64,000 nt of DNA from Mobula hypostoma. Taxonomy: Eukaryota. Shown in pieces: positions 1 to 13,076 of this stretch. The notes below the pieces were generated by a model, which had not been told where the DNA came from, ran no database searches, and was given only the letters and a program-made list of their open reading frames with translations. The DNA is taken from assembly GCF_963921235.1 (NCBI RefSeq), contig NC_086097.1:2728001-2792000 (forward strand), in the 5' to 3' direction. Each line of letters starts with the position of its first letter. Positions within the stretch are counted from its first letter, which is position 1. The translations under genes were made by a program, and so were the position numbers.

Positions 1-680
1 AGGAATGGAGACAGGCTATACTCTATTGCCATCAATGGATCTGGGGTGAGAGGGGAAACAGCTTTAAGTTCCTCGGCATCCACATCACCGAGGACCTCAC
101 ATGGTCTGTACACACCAGCTGTGTGGTGAAAAAGGCACAACAGTGCCTCTTTCACCTCAGGCAGTTGAGGAAGTTTGGTATGGGCCCCCAAATCCTAAGA
201 AATTTCTATAGGGGCACAATTGAGAGCATCCTGACTAGCTGTATCACTGCCTGGGAACTGTATTTCCCTCAATCGCAGGACTCTGCAGAGAGTGGTGCGG
301 ACAGCCCAGCACATCTATAGTTGTGAACTTCCCATGATTCAGGTCATTTACAAAGACAGGTGAGTAAAAAGGGCCTGTAGGATCATTGGGGACCCGAGTC
401 ACCCCAAACACAATCTATTCCAGCTGCTACCATCCGGGAAATGGTACTGCAGCATAAAAGCCAGGACCAACAGGCTCCGGGACAGCTTCTTCCACCAGGC
501 CATCAGACTGACGAACTCACACTGATTTGAGTGTACTCTATATTACATTGACTGTCCTATTTACCATAAATTATAAATTACTATAATTGCACATTGCACA
601 TTTAGACAGAGATGTAACGTGAAGATTTTTTTTTACACCTCATATGTGAAGGATGTAAGAAATAAAGTCAATTCAATTCA
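1..680 (+). mobile_element. Rex1/Babar-type LINE, decayed 3' end (RT C-terminal region and tail)
   Basis: ORF 123-320 reads KKAQQCLFHLRQLRKF...FYRGTIESILTSCITAW. Ends in AATAAAG plus a (CAATT)n tail at ~661-680. Confidence 0.8.
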
Positions 681-786
681 TATTCATTGATCCTTTATCT
701 GATTTGACTTTTGGTACTTGACAAACAATTCTGAACCTCATTTGGTTACACCCAAGGATCCGGTTCCAGGACCATCCACAACCACG

Positions 787-3700
787 TCATACAGAAGTAC
801 AGCACAGAAACAGGCTCTTTGGTGCATCGAGTCCACGCTGAAACCATTTAAACTGCCTACTCCCAATGACCCGAACCATAGCCTCCATATCCTCGCTATC
901 CATGTACCTATCCAAACTTCTCTTAAACGTTGAAATCAAGTTCGCGTGCCCCACTTGAGTTGGCAGCTCATTCCACACTGTCATGACCCTCTGAGTGAAG
1001 AGGTTCCCCTCATGTTCCCCTTAAACTTTTCATCTTTCACCCAAAACCTCCAGTTAGTGTTCTACCCAATCTCAGTGGAAAAAGCATTTACCCCATCTAT
1101 ACCCTCACAATTTTGTATACCGCTATCAAATCTCCTCTCAATCTTCTTCATTCTACCAAATACAGTTCTAACCTATAGAATCTTTCCTTATAACCCAGGT
1201 CTTCCAGACCCAGCAACAACCTTGTCAATTTTCTCTGCACCCCTTAACCTTGTTTACATCTTTACTGTAGGCTGGTGACCAAAATTGCACACAATACTCC
1301 AAATTAAGCCTCACCAGCATCTTATACAACTTCAATATAACATCTGTAATTAACACATTGACTTACGAAGGCCAATGTGCCAAAAGCTTTCTTTATGATC
1401 CTATCTACCTGTGACACCACTTTCAATGAAATGTACAAACGTACTTGTATTCTCAGAACCCTTTGTTCAACCACATGCCTTTCTGCCCTATCGTTCACTG
1501 ATTGGTCCTACCAAAGTGCAAAACCTCACACTTGTTTACATTAAATTCCATCTGCCATTTTCAGCCCATTTTTCCAGCTGATGCAGATCCTTCTGCAAGC
1601 CATGATAGCCTTCCTCACTGTCTACCACATCCCCAATCTTGGTGTCATCAGTAAATTTGCCGATCCAGTTAACCACGTTATCATCCAGATCATTGATATA
1701 AATGACAAATAACAAAGAACAGAGCTACAAACCCTGAAGCACACCACTAGTCACAGGCCTCCAGTCAGAAAGGCAACCTCCCCACTACCACTGTCTGGCC
1801 TCTTCCACAGAGCCAATGACAAATCCAATTTAAATGCTGAGCGACTGAACCTTCTTGACCAGCCTCCCATGCGGCAATTGTCAAAGGCCTTGCTGAAGTC
1901 CATTTAGACACCATCTAATGCCTTGCCTTCACCAAATTTCCAGGTAACTTCCTTGAAAAACTATAAAATTGGTTAAACATGACCTACTATGCATGAAGCC
2001 ATGCTGACTACCCTTAATCGGTCAATGTCTAAATAAATTCTCATACAACCGGTCCCTTCGAATACCTTCCAATAACTTTCCCACAACTGATGATGCAGGT
2101 GGATGCTTTCCTGGTGTCATGGATTCTTGATTACCTGACTGGCAGATCACAGTACGTGTGCTTGCAACACTGTGTGTCCGACAGAGTGATCAGCAGCACT
2201 GGGGCTCCACATGGGACTGTCTTATCTCCCTTTCTCCTCACCATTTACACCTCGGACTTCAACTACTGCACAGAGTCTTGTCATCTTCAGAAGTTTTCGG
2301 ATGACTCTGCCATAGTTGGATGCATCAGCAAGGGAGAGGAGGCTGACTACAGGGCTACAGTAGGAAACTTTGTCACATGGTGTGAGCAGAATTATCTCCA
2401 GCTTAATATGAAAAAGACTAAGGAGCTAGTGGTAGACCTGAGGAGAGCTAAGGTACCGGTGACCCCTCTTTCCATCCAGGGGGTCAGTGTGGACATGGTG
2501 GAGGATTACAATACCTGGGGATACGAATTGACAATAAACTGGACTGGTCAAAGAACACTGAGGCTGTCTACAAGAAGGGTCAGAGCCATCTCTATTTCCT
2601 GAGGAGACTGAGGTCTTTTAACATCTGCTGGACAATGCTGAGGATGTTCTACGAGTCTGTGGTGGCCAGTGCTATCATGTTTGCTGTTGTGTGCTGGGGC
2701 AGCAGGCTGAGGGTGGCAGACACCAACAGAATCAACAAACTCATTCGTAAGGCCAGTGATGTTGTGGGGATGGAACTGGACTCTCTCACGGTGGTGAATG
2801 AAAAGAGGATGCTGTCTTAGTTGCATGCCATCTTGGTCAATGTCTCCCATCCACTACCTAATGGACTGGTTGGGCACAGGAGTACATTCAGCCAGAAACT
2901 CATTCCATCGAGATGCAGCACTGAGCGTCATAGGAAGTCATTCCTGCCTGTGGCCATCAAACTTTACAACTCCTCCCTTGGAGGGTCAGACACCCTGAGC
3001 CAATAGGCTGGTCCTGGACTTATTTCATAATTTACTGGCATAATTTACATATTACTATTTAACTATTTATGGTTCTATTACTATTTATTATTTATGGAGC
3101 AACTGTAACAAAAACCAAATTCCCCCAGGATTAATAAAGTATGACTATGACTACGTCAGACTCATTGACCAAAAATTTCCTAGTTTACATTTACAGCCTT
3201 TTTAGACAAAATTGGTTATCCTCCAATTCTTTGGTACCTCTCCTGTCGCCAAGGATGATTTAAATTTCTCTGCTTGGGCCCTGGCAATTTCTACACTTGC
3301 CTCCCATAAGGTCAGAGGGAACACCTTATCAGGCTCTGGGGATTTATCCACTCTGATTTACCTCCGGGTAGCAAACACCTCCTCCTCTGTAATCTGTACA
3401 GGCTCCGTGAAGTTAGACCATAAGACAAAGGAGCAGAAGTAGGCCATTCGGCCCATCGAGTCTGCTCCGTCATTTTATCATGAGCTGATCCATTTTATCC
3501 TATTTAGTCCCACTGCCCCGCCTTCTCACCATAACCTTCGATGTCCTGGCTACTCAGATACCTATCTTTGCCTCACCTCTATAGACTCTGTATCGATCTC
3601 CCGAGTAAATACAGGTGCAAAGAATTCATTTAAGATCTCTCCCTCAGATCTCCTTTGAACTTTTCCCCCCTCTCACCTTAAATTCATGTCCTCTACTATT

Positions 3701-4670
3701 AGATATTTCAACCCTAGGAAACATATACTGTCTGTGTACTCTATCTCCTTACATACATTACCATTCTGATCTTCTGGAGGACCAATTTTCTGCCTTGTAA
3801 TCCTTTTGCTCTCAACATACCTGCAGAATCCCTTTGGATTCTCCTTCACCTTGTCTGCTAGGCAACTTCATGCCTTCTTTTAGCCATCCTGATTTCTTTC
3901 TTAAGTGTTCTCTTTCATTTCATATACTCCATAACCACCTCATTTCTTCCTACCTGCCTATACCTGCTCTGCACCTCCTTTTTCCTCTAAACCAGGCTTC
4001 AATATCTCTTGAAAACCAAGGTCCCCTACACCTGTTATCTTTACCTTTTATTCTGACAAGTTTTGTACTCTCAAAATTTCATCTTTGAAGGCCTCCCATT
4101 TTCCAAGTACATCTTTGCCAGAAAACAGCCTGTCCCAATCCACACTTGCCAGATCATTTCTGATACCAACAAAATTAGCCTTTCTCCAATTAAGAATCTC
4201 AACCTGTGGACCAGACTGCTCTTTCCATATTTACTTTGAAACTAATGGTCACTGGATGCGAAGTGTTTCCCTACACAAACTTCTATTACCTGCCTTGTCT
4301 CATTCCCGAATAGCAGATCCAGTATCGCAAGCTCTTTCATTGGGACTTTGACGTACTGATGAAGGAAGCTATCCTGAACACATTTGACAAACTTTATCCC
4401 ATTGAGTCGTTTTACATTATGGGATTCCCAGTCAATATGTGGAATGTTAAAATCACTTACTATCACATCTTTATGTTTCTTGCAACGGTCTGTGATCTCT
4501 TCACAAATTTGTTCTTCTAAATCTCTGGGACTGTTGGGTGGTCTGTAATATAGCCCTACTAACAAGGCCATACCGTTCTTATTTCTCAGTTCCACCCATA
4601 ATGCCTCACTAGTTGAGTTCTCTAGTCTGTCCTGAAAGAGCAGGCGTGACATTTTCCCTGACAAGTAAGG
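787..4670 (-). mobile_element. Decayed CR1 LINE ORF2 (APE endonuclease + RT), interrupted by later insertions
   Basis: ORF 4242-4664 has YYRPPNS/DFNIPHIDW/LDLLFGN/SDH endonuclease motifs. CR1 3' motifs (VWNELP, FKRSLDRYM) lie at 787-984. Confidence 0.85.
2089..3153 (+). mobile_element. 5'-truncated Rex1/Babar LINE inserted in CR1
   Basis: WILDYLTGRSQYV...GAPHGTVLSP...KFSDDSAIVG RT motifs, then AATAAAG and a (GACTAT)n tail. The host CR1 resumes at GTCAGACTC. Confidence 0.85.
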
Positions 4671-4814
4671 GGATATTTATGGTAATTATCTGTAAATTTC
4701 TAAGCTTTCACCATAGAGTGCATCAATCCAATGAGATCAGAAGAACATGATGAAAATTTAAATAACGGCTTAATAAACAAATAAAATTTAGTTAACGCTG
4801 CTTTACAGGTTTAA

Positions 4815-5355
4815 CTCAAGTTTAGCCGCATCCACGGTTCTGATCGCCCTACTGCAGGATGGATGCTGTGGCTTCACAGACGTCGCAGAAGAGGCTTATC
4901 AGATTGCTACCTGGATTAGACGGCACGAGCTATAACAAGAGGTTGGACAAACCTGGGTTGTTTTCTGTGGCGTGCCAGAGGCTGAGGGGTGATCTGATAG
5001 AGGTTTATAAGAATTTGAGAAGCTCAGATAGAGTACACAGACAGTATATGTTTCCTAGGGTTGAAATATCTAATAGTAGAGGACATGAATTTAAGGTGAG
5101 GGGGGGAAAAGTTCAAAGGAGATCTGAGGCAAGGTTTTCTTAAAAACAGAGTAGTGGGTGTCAAGGGTGGTGGTAAAGGACAAAACACTGGAGAATTTTC
5201 AGAGATGTTTTCTTAGGCATATGAATGTGAGGCAAGTGGAAGGATATGGACATTGTGTAGGCAGAAAGGATTAGTTTGATTACTAATCTAACTGGGTCAG
5301 CACAACGTTGTGGGCCAAAGGGTCTGTTCCTGTGCTGCACTACTCGGTTTTATGT
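4815..5355 (+). mobile_element. CR1 LINE 3' fragment
   Basis: ORF 4859-5143 has RLRGDLIEVYK and RGHEFKVRGG. CR1 3' UTR GGGCCAAAGGGTCTGTTCCTGTGCTG follows. Confidence 0.8.
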
Positions 5356-5494
5356 TTACACTTGCCAGATGTTGCATTACCATACTTACAACAAATAATT
5401 TCAATAGGAATTGCGCTAAAATTAAATAGTTTAAAAAGAACACAAGGTCTATGCTGCATTTTTTATTGGGAAAAGTGGAAGAGAGGAAGGAGTT

Positions 5495-6635
5495 TCATAG
5501 AAAAAAAAACAGAAACAGAAAACCTGGAGCATAATACAGGCCCTTCGGCCCACAAAGTTGTGCCAAACATGTACTTATCTTAGAAATTACTAGGGTTACC
5601 CATAGCCCTCTATTTTTCTAAGCTTCATGTACCTACCCAAGAGTCTCTTAAAAGACCCTATTGTATCCGCCTCCACCACCGTTGCCGGCAGCCCATTCCA
5701 CACACTCATCACTGTGTAAAAAAAGTTACCCCTGACATCTCCTCTGTTTCTACTTCCAAGCACCGTAACACTGTGCCCTCTCCTGCCAGCCATCTCAGTC
5801 CTGGGAAAAAAGCCTCTGACTATCCAGACGATCAATGACTGTCATCATTTTATACACCTCTATCAGGTCACCTCTCATCCTTCGCCGCTCCAAGGAGAAA
5901 AGGCCGAGTTTACTCAACCTCTTTCATGAGGCATGCTCCCCAATCCAGGCAACATCCTTGTAATTCTCCTCTGCACCCTTTCTATGGTTTCCACATCCTT
6001 CCTGTAGTGAGGTGACCAGAACTGAGCACAGTACTCCAAGTGGAGTCTGACCAGGGTCCTATAAAACTGTAGCATTACCTCTAGGCTCTTAAACTCAATC
6101 CCATGATTGATGAAGGCCAATGCACCATATGCCTTCTGAACCACAGAGTCAACCTGCACAGCAGCTTTGAGGGTCCTATGGACTCAGACCCCAAGATCCC
6201 TCTGATCCTCCACACTACCAAGAGTCTTACCATTAATACTATATTCTGCCATATTTGACATACCAAAATGAACCACCTCACACTTATCTGGGTTGAACTC
6301 CATCTGCCACTTCTCAGCCCAGTCTAGCATCCTATCAATGTCCCGCTGTAACCTCTGACAGCCCTCCACACTATCCACAACACCTCCAACCTCTGTGTCA
6401 TCAGCAAATTTACTAAACCATCCCTCCACTTCCTCATCCAGGTCATTTATAAAAATCACAAAGAGTAGGGGTCCCAGAACAGATCCCTGAGGCACACCTC
6501 TGGTCACCAACCTCCATGCAGGATATGACCCGTCTACAACTACTCTTTGCCTTCTGTGGGCAAGCCAGTTATGGATCCACAAAGGAATGTCCCCTTGGAT
6601 CCCAAGCCTCCTTATTTTCTCGATAAGCCTTTCCT
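5495..6635 (-). mobile_element. CR1 LINE 3' fragment (RT domains to tail)
   Basis: GVPQGSVLGPLLF, KFADDT and LEYCAQFWSPHY motifs in ORFs between 5596 and 6666, with frameshifts. Confidence 0.9.
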
Positions 6636-6834
6636 GCCAATACGTGTTAAATATCAGTCTACACAATAGTGGGGAGATGAGATGAGATTCAGAATTTGAT
6701 CTCCACTTCCATGCCCTGTTGTTGTACAGGAGTACAAAAAAAACTCAAGGATATAGCAATACAGCAATGACAAAAGAGGATGTTTCCTATTGTGTGGTGT
6801 CCAGGACAGAGGGCACATCCTCAGAATAGAGGAA

Positions 6835-8575
6835 AAAGACAAAATGACACAGGAGCAGAATCAGGCCATTCAGCCCATTGAGTCTGCTCCACCATTCCAT
6901 CATTTTTGATCCGAATCCCACTCAACCCCATACACGTGCCTTCTTGAAGAGTGGAGTGACATTTGCAATCTTCCAGTCTCCAGAACCATGCCAGAATCAA
7001 GTAATTCTTGAAAGATTATGACCAATGCATCTGTTATCTCTTCAGCAACCTCTCTCAGGACTCTGGGATGTAGTCCATCTGGTCCAGGTGACTTATCCAC
7101 CTTAAGACCTTTGAGTTTGCCTTGCACTTTTTCCTTTGTAATAGCAAAGACACTCACTCCTGCTCCCTGAACTCATGGACTTCTGGCACACTGCTGGTGT
7201 CTCCCACCCCACAGTGAGGACAGATGCAAAGTGCCCATTCAGTTTAACTGCCATTTGTCCCCCACCCCCATTACTACCTCAGCAGCATAATTTTCCAATG
7301 GTCCAATATCAACTCTCAGTTCCCTTTTACCCTTTATATAACTGAAAAATACTTTTGGAATCCTGCTTTATATTATTGCCTAGTCTGCCCTCATATTTCA
7401 ACTTTTTTTTATAGCTTTTTCAGTGGCCTTTTGTTGGATTCTAAAAGCTTCCCAATCATCCAACTTCCCACTCACTTTTGCTTCCTTACATACCCTTTCC
7501 TTGGGTTTTATGCAGTCCTTAACTTCCTTTGTCAGCCACAGTTGCATATGTCTGCCATCTGAGAACTTCTTCCTCTGTTGCATATATCTATCCTGCACCT
7601 TGTGAACTATTCCCAGAAACTTCAGCCATCTCTGCTCTGCCATCATTCCCACCAGTACCCTCCTTCAATCCACCTGGGCAAACTCCTCTCTCATGCCTCT
7701 GTAAATCCCTTATTCCATTGCAATACCGATACATGTGACTTGCCCTTCTCCCTCTCAAATAGCAGTATGAATTCAATCACATTATGATCACTGCTTAAGG
7801 CCTCCTGTATGTTTAAGCTCCCTAATAAGATCTGGGTTATTACACAACACCCAATCTAAGATAGTCTTTCCTCGAATAGGCTCAAGCACAAACTCCTCTA
7901 AAAAGCCATCTCATAGGCATTCAACAAATTCTCTCTCTTGTGATCCGACACCAACCTGATTTTCCCAATCAGGTTTCCCAATCCCCTTGCATATTGCAGT
8001 CCCCCATTACAATTGTATCATTACCTAAGCCTTTTCCAGCTCCCTTTGCAATCTCGACCCCACATCTTGATTACTATCTGGAAGCCTATATGTGATTCCC
8101 ATGATTTTTTTTTACCCTTGCAGTTTCTTAATTCCGCCCACAAAGATTCAACATTCTCTGACCCTATGTCACTTCTTTCTAAAGATGTAATTCCATCTCT
8201 TACCAACAGAGCCACACCACCACCTATGCCTTCTTGCCTCTCTTTTCAATAGAAAGTATACCCTTTGATGTCAAGCTCCCAACAATGGCCTTCTTTTGGC
8301 CACGACTCAGTGATGCCCACAATGTCATACCGACCAATCTATTTGTGCCCCGAATTCATCCACCCTTATTCTGAATGCTAAGCTTATTTAAATACTGCAC
8401 CTTCAGTCCTGCATTATTTGCCCTTCTGAATTTTGCCTCTGTGGTACAATTTAACTCTTTGCTCTGTCTGCATTTATACCCAATTATTGCCTTGTCCTTC
8501 CTTACATCTATGTTACACCCATCATCTACCTGTAAACCTGCTGGCTCATCCTCAGCTCTATCATACTGGTTCCCT
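6835..8575 (-). mobile_element. Decayed CR1 LINE: endonuclease/linker region joined to a 3' tail
   Basis: KSPGPDGLHPRVLRE, ALLVRDGI and ESLWAELRN motifs. A CR1 tail lies at 6835-6935. Confidence 0.75.
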
Positions 8576-8695
8576 GGAATGTCCATTTAGAACAGAGATG
8601 AGCAGGAATTTCTTTAACCAGAGGATGGTGAATCTGTGGAATTCATTAACACAATTGGCTGCGCAGGTCAAGTCATTGAATATATTTAAAGTGAA

Positions 8696-8823
8696 GAGAT
8701 GGAGTTGCTAGCTCGACGCTCAATGCAGCACAGATGGAAAGTGTGCCAGCGGAGCCAGCTGGATTCGAACTCGGGAGCCTTCACTCTGAAGTCCGGCACT
8801 GATACCACTACGCCACCAGCGGC
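8696..8823 (-). mobile_element. tRNA-derived SINE
   Basis: Minus strand shows A box TGGCGTAGTGG and B box GAGTTCGAATCC, followed by a non-tRNA body. The anticodon stem does not pair. Confidence 0.7.
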
Positions 8824-10137
8824 ATGCAATCATCTGTCTGAACTTCTTCCATCTGGCAGATGTTATAAGATTTTCTATGCCCGCACTTCCAGACTGAAAA
8901 ATAGTTTTTTCCCCAAGAGCTATAATTGCTCTGAACCAATCAATCAAGCATCATCCATAAATCTGTTACATTGCTACTTTAATTCTGGTTTTATGGCTCT
9001 CATGCATCTGAGTTGTGCTTTTGTACTGCTGGACAATGCTTGTACTGGCTGGTTACGTGATTTTATTTATTGTTTATTTATTTTATTTGTTGTTTTATGG
9101 CATTGAGTACAAGAGTTGCAAACTCATTTTCACATGACAAATTGTACTATGCAAGGACAATAAAGGTATTTCATTTTCATTTCTTAATTAGCCAGGTCAT
9201 CAATGGTTACACAGCGAAGGTAAGAGAATGGGATTCAGAGGCAATATAAGTCAGCCATGATGGAACGGTGAAACGGACTTGATGGGCTGAATGGCCTAAT
9301 TCTACTCCTGTGTCTTATGTTCTTTAAAGATATCCAGCAGTTATTTAGAGTGGGTGAGAAATGAGCCAGAATAATTGTATCCTTCCCTTTCCCCCATAAA
9401 ACAAAGTATTTCCCAGTATGTAACAATGTAAAAATCACTTCTAATTAAATCCCACTGTTTTAACTAGAATGCATACTACTGAAATATCCTGCATTGGCAA
9501 AACAATATTTTAATACCGCAATGAAACTACAAGATAATGACATTTCATTAAGTCACTGCTCTGGATGGTTTCAAATGATTTAGAAATGGTATACAAGATT
9601 TAATCAAAAACCACAGCCTCCTTGAGAAATTTACACAAACTGAAAAAAAATGAAGTTTCCATTTACAGATAACATTAATGTCCTATTTGTTGTATAAAGA
9701 AAATGATAAAATTCTGGAAATATGCCTGACACTAATACATGCATCAGTTTGCGGTACATTTTTTTTAAAAATAGGAAACCTATATAGAGCATCGTGTAAA
9801 AAAAGTTCCACAGAGCTGTTTAGAAACTATTTTCCAAGGATGCTATTACACGGGCGTTATGAATGTTATCATAAATTAAAAAGCACTTACCATAAAATCA
9901 AGCTTTTTAATGGCTGTGTTTCCAATCCCTAGTGAATCCGTGACCGTAATGTATTGTTTAAGATAAGCAGTACACTTTCAGAACATTGCCTCTTTGAAGC
10001 AGGGACAGAGTCATAGAACACTACAGCACAGAAATAGGTCCTTCTGCTCATCTAGTCCACACCAACCTTATTTTATGTCTATTCCCAACTATCTGCACCT
10101 GGGACAGATTTCTCCAAACTCCTCTTCACGTTACAAA

Positions 10138-10380
10138 ATCGGCACGGTAGTGCAGTCGTTAGCACGACGCTTTACAGTACAGATGACCCAGGTTCAATTC
10201 CTGCCGTTGCCTTCAAGGAGTTTGTACGTTCTCCGTGTGACCAGTGGGTTTCAAGGGCCTACGTGTTGGTAGGTGAATTAGACATCCTAAATTGTCCCGT
10301 ATTCGGCTCAGATGAAATTGGGGTTTGCACGGTGTGGCTTAAAGGGCCTATTCTTCACTGTAGCTCAATCAATAATAAAT
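10138..10380 (+). mobile_element. tRNA-derived SINE (HE1/V-SINE-like)
   Basis: GGCACGGTAGTGCAGTCG A box, GGTTCAATTCC B box, GGAGTTTGTACGTTCTCC core and A-rich tail. Confidence 0.7.
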
Positions 10381-10411
10381 CAACAATTGAACCCACTTCC
10401 ACTCGCAGCAT

Positions 10412-10543
10412 AAACAACAGGAATTCTGCAGATGCTGGAAATTCAAGCAACACACATAAAAGTTGCTGGTGAATGCAGCAGGCCAGGCAGCATCTCTAGG
10501 AAGAGGTGCAGTCGACGTTTCAGGCCGAGACCCTTCGTCAGGA
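10412..10543 (-). mobile_element. Penelope-like 3' terminal fragment (single arm) with hammerhead motif
   Basis: Matches the terminus of the RT/GIY-YIG copy ending at 40246. The 13-bp TSD CCACTCGCAGCAT is at 10399-10411 and 10544-10556. Confidence 0.85.
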
Positions 10544-10635
10544 CCACTCGCAGCATGTTCTGCATCTTCTCCTCAGATGAGGAGGAAGTTCTTTCACCAG
10601 AGGGTGGTAAATCTGTGGAATTCATTGCCACAGAC

Positions 10636-12590
10636 TAACACTCCTCACTTGCCTCGCACAACTGGGGAAATAATTTTTAATGAATTGCCACAGTTCTTTC
10701 AGAAGAATGGCTTGGATGTGAGCAAAATTGTGTCCGTTGTCACCGATGGGGCTCCATCGATGGTGGGACAACACAAAGGCTTGGTAAGCAGATTTGCTGC
10801 TGCTAACCCAGCACTCTTGGCATTTCCATAAGACCACAAGACAAAGGAGCAGAGGTCAGCCATTCAGCACATCGAGTCTGCTCCACCATTTTATCATGAA
10901 CTGATCCATTCTCCCATTTAGTCCCACTCCCCTGCCTTTTCACCATAACCTTTGATAGGTATCTGAGTAGCCAGGGCATCAATCTCTGCCTTAAGTACAC
11001 CCAATGACTTGGCCTCCACTGCCGCGCGTGGCAACAAATTCCATAGATTCACCATTTCATAGATCTCATTGCATTATTCACAAATCAGTGTTGTGCGCTA
11101 AACTGTTGGGAAATGAAAGAGGCAATGGATACTGTGACAAGACTGCTAAATGTCGTTCGTGAGAGCTGTAGTCTGCATCATCGCTTTTTCAGAGCATTGC
11201 TGGAGGAAATGTCAGCGGAACACAAAGATCTTTTCCTGCATAACATTGGCTAAGCAAAGGCCGTGTGTTGGAGAGGGTGTGCGACCTGTGCAATGAGCTT
11301 GTGTCATTTTTATCCAGCCTGCAGAGCCAAAAAACCCAAGGATTTAAGAGGTTTTTAAACTGACAACAAGGTGATGGCACATGTCTTTTTTTTGTCTGAC
11401 ATCATGTCTCATCTAAATCAACTTAATCTGCAATTACAAGGCAACAACCACACTGTTGCGGACATGTACGAGGTGACTGAAGCTTTCCGGTCAAAGCTGA
11501 ACCTTTTGGAGAGAGATATTCACGGGAGAAAGTTGCACTTTCCACGTCTGCGGGAGCATTACAAGAAGAACGAAATGCTGGAGGATCCAGTGATGAAGGA
11601 TTTCGTGACGAGGCTGGCAGAAAACATCAGGGAATGATTTGAAAGCTCCCCTAAACTCTCATGTGACATCCTCCTCTTCCTGAGACAGCCGTTCTCCATT
11701 TCAGCTGACAGCCAGTGGACTGCAGAGGCCAAAAGGCTGGTACCTTCCATAGATGAGGCAACTCTTCAGATGGAGGTCTTGGAAATGGGAACATCTGATT
11801 TGCTCAAAGCACAACACAAGGACGTTGGGGTGAGTGACTTTTGGATCAACGTGGTTCCCCAAGCTCAATTCAAAAACAAGAGAGCTACTGCATGCTCCTA
11901 CTCACACCGTTCCCCTCCACGTACATATGTGAGTCATCGTTTTCTTCAATGAACTCTGTCAAGAACCAGGACAGAAACAGACTCTCCCATGCACATCTTG
12001 GCCAGTGCCTCGGGATTGCCACAACAGAATACAGGCCCGACATCAAAATGGTTGCCTCATCCCGTCACTGTCACTTCTCTCACTGATTGGTGAGTGAATC
12101 AATTTATTTTTGTCCATTTGTCAATCTTATTGTGGTATAATAATATGACAACAATAATACTGATAATTTCATTTATAGCTACACTTCATATGCTATATAG
12201 CTTAATTAAAAAGAAATGGATTAAAGACTACAAGAGAGAGAGCGAGAGCAAGAAAGTGTACATGCGCGTGTATTTTAAGTCCCAGATGAGTTCTCAATGT
12301 GACATCTGACAGTTGTGACAGCTAGAGTCATAATTAAATAGTTGGTTTTGGACTTATTTTGTTTCAAGAGTGCATTTTTTTTTCTTGTGTGACCCAAAAC
12401 ACAGGCTTTGAGAATCCTAGGCCTAAATTATTACTACTACCACTAATAATAATAATGGTATAGCAGCAACAACAACATCTGCCCATAAAACTTACTGGCG
12501 CAATGAAAAAAAAACCCTGGACGTTCTGGCCCTTGGCTTGGCATGCTTGACATAATTTGGCCCTTGTGGAAAACTAATTGGGGAATCCTG
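10636..12590 (+). mobile_element. Decayed hAT DNA transposon (Charlie/SPIN/GTF2IRD2-like transposase), 5' truncated; CR1 tail inserted at ~10828-11060
   Basis: TTGEIIF...VTDGAPSMVG, FLSDIMSHLNQLNLQLQG and STYICESSFSSMN (dimerisation domain) occur in several frames. A TIR-like end ...TTGGGGAATCCTG is at 12590. Confidence 0.85.
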
Positions 12591-12594
12591 CTGT

Positions 12595-13076
12595 ACACCA
12601 AGGGAGATTCAATGACTTGGAAATTTTCATGTATCCTATCCTGACCTATGCTTTTCAGTTACCTTTTTTGCGGAGTTGCTTGGAGTATTCTTTCGTCTTC
12701 ATGGTGTAGTTTTTGCCAGGATACTAACTCACCAGCAGTTGGACCTGCCAGATACTGGTGTATTTTTACTACAATCAATTGAAACACCTTGACTGCATGG
12801 TGATCTCCATTTAACTAATTATATGACTTCTGAAACCAATTGGCTGCACTTGCGATTTGCTGTGTCATATTAAAGGGGGTGAATACTTATGCAATTATTT
12901 TGTGTTTTATATTTTTAATTAACTTGGATCACTTTGTAGAGATCTGTTTTCACTTTGACAGGGAAGTTTTTTTCTGTTGATCGGTGCCAAATTAAATCCA
13001 TTCTGATTCAATGTTGTAAGATAATAAAACATAAAAACTTCGGTGAGGGGGGGTGAATACCTTTTATAGGCACTGT
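12595..13076 (-). mobile_element. Tc1-like transposon, left-end fragment
   Basis: Terminus reads CAGTGCCTATAAAAGGTATTCACCCC on the minus strand, next to TA. It is the reverse complement of the element starting at 23287. Confidence 0.75.

Noticed and set aside
8750..8823. tRNA-like sequence with TCA in the anticodon position (tRNA-Sec or opal suppressor?)
   Set aside because: The anticodon stem does not pair and it runs into a SINE body. TCA is plausibly CpG decay of TCG.
10636..12086. Host gene GTF2IRD2/EPM2AIP1/ZBED-like
   Set aside because: Multiple stops and frameshifts, a CR1 insertion and a TIR-like end indicate a dead hAT transposon.
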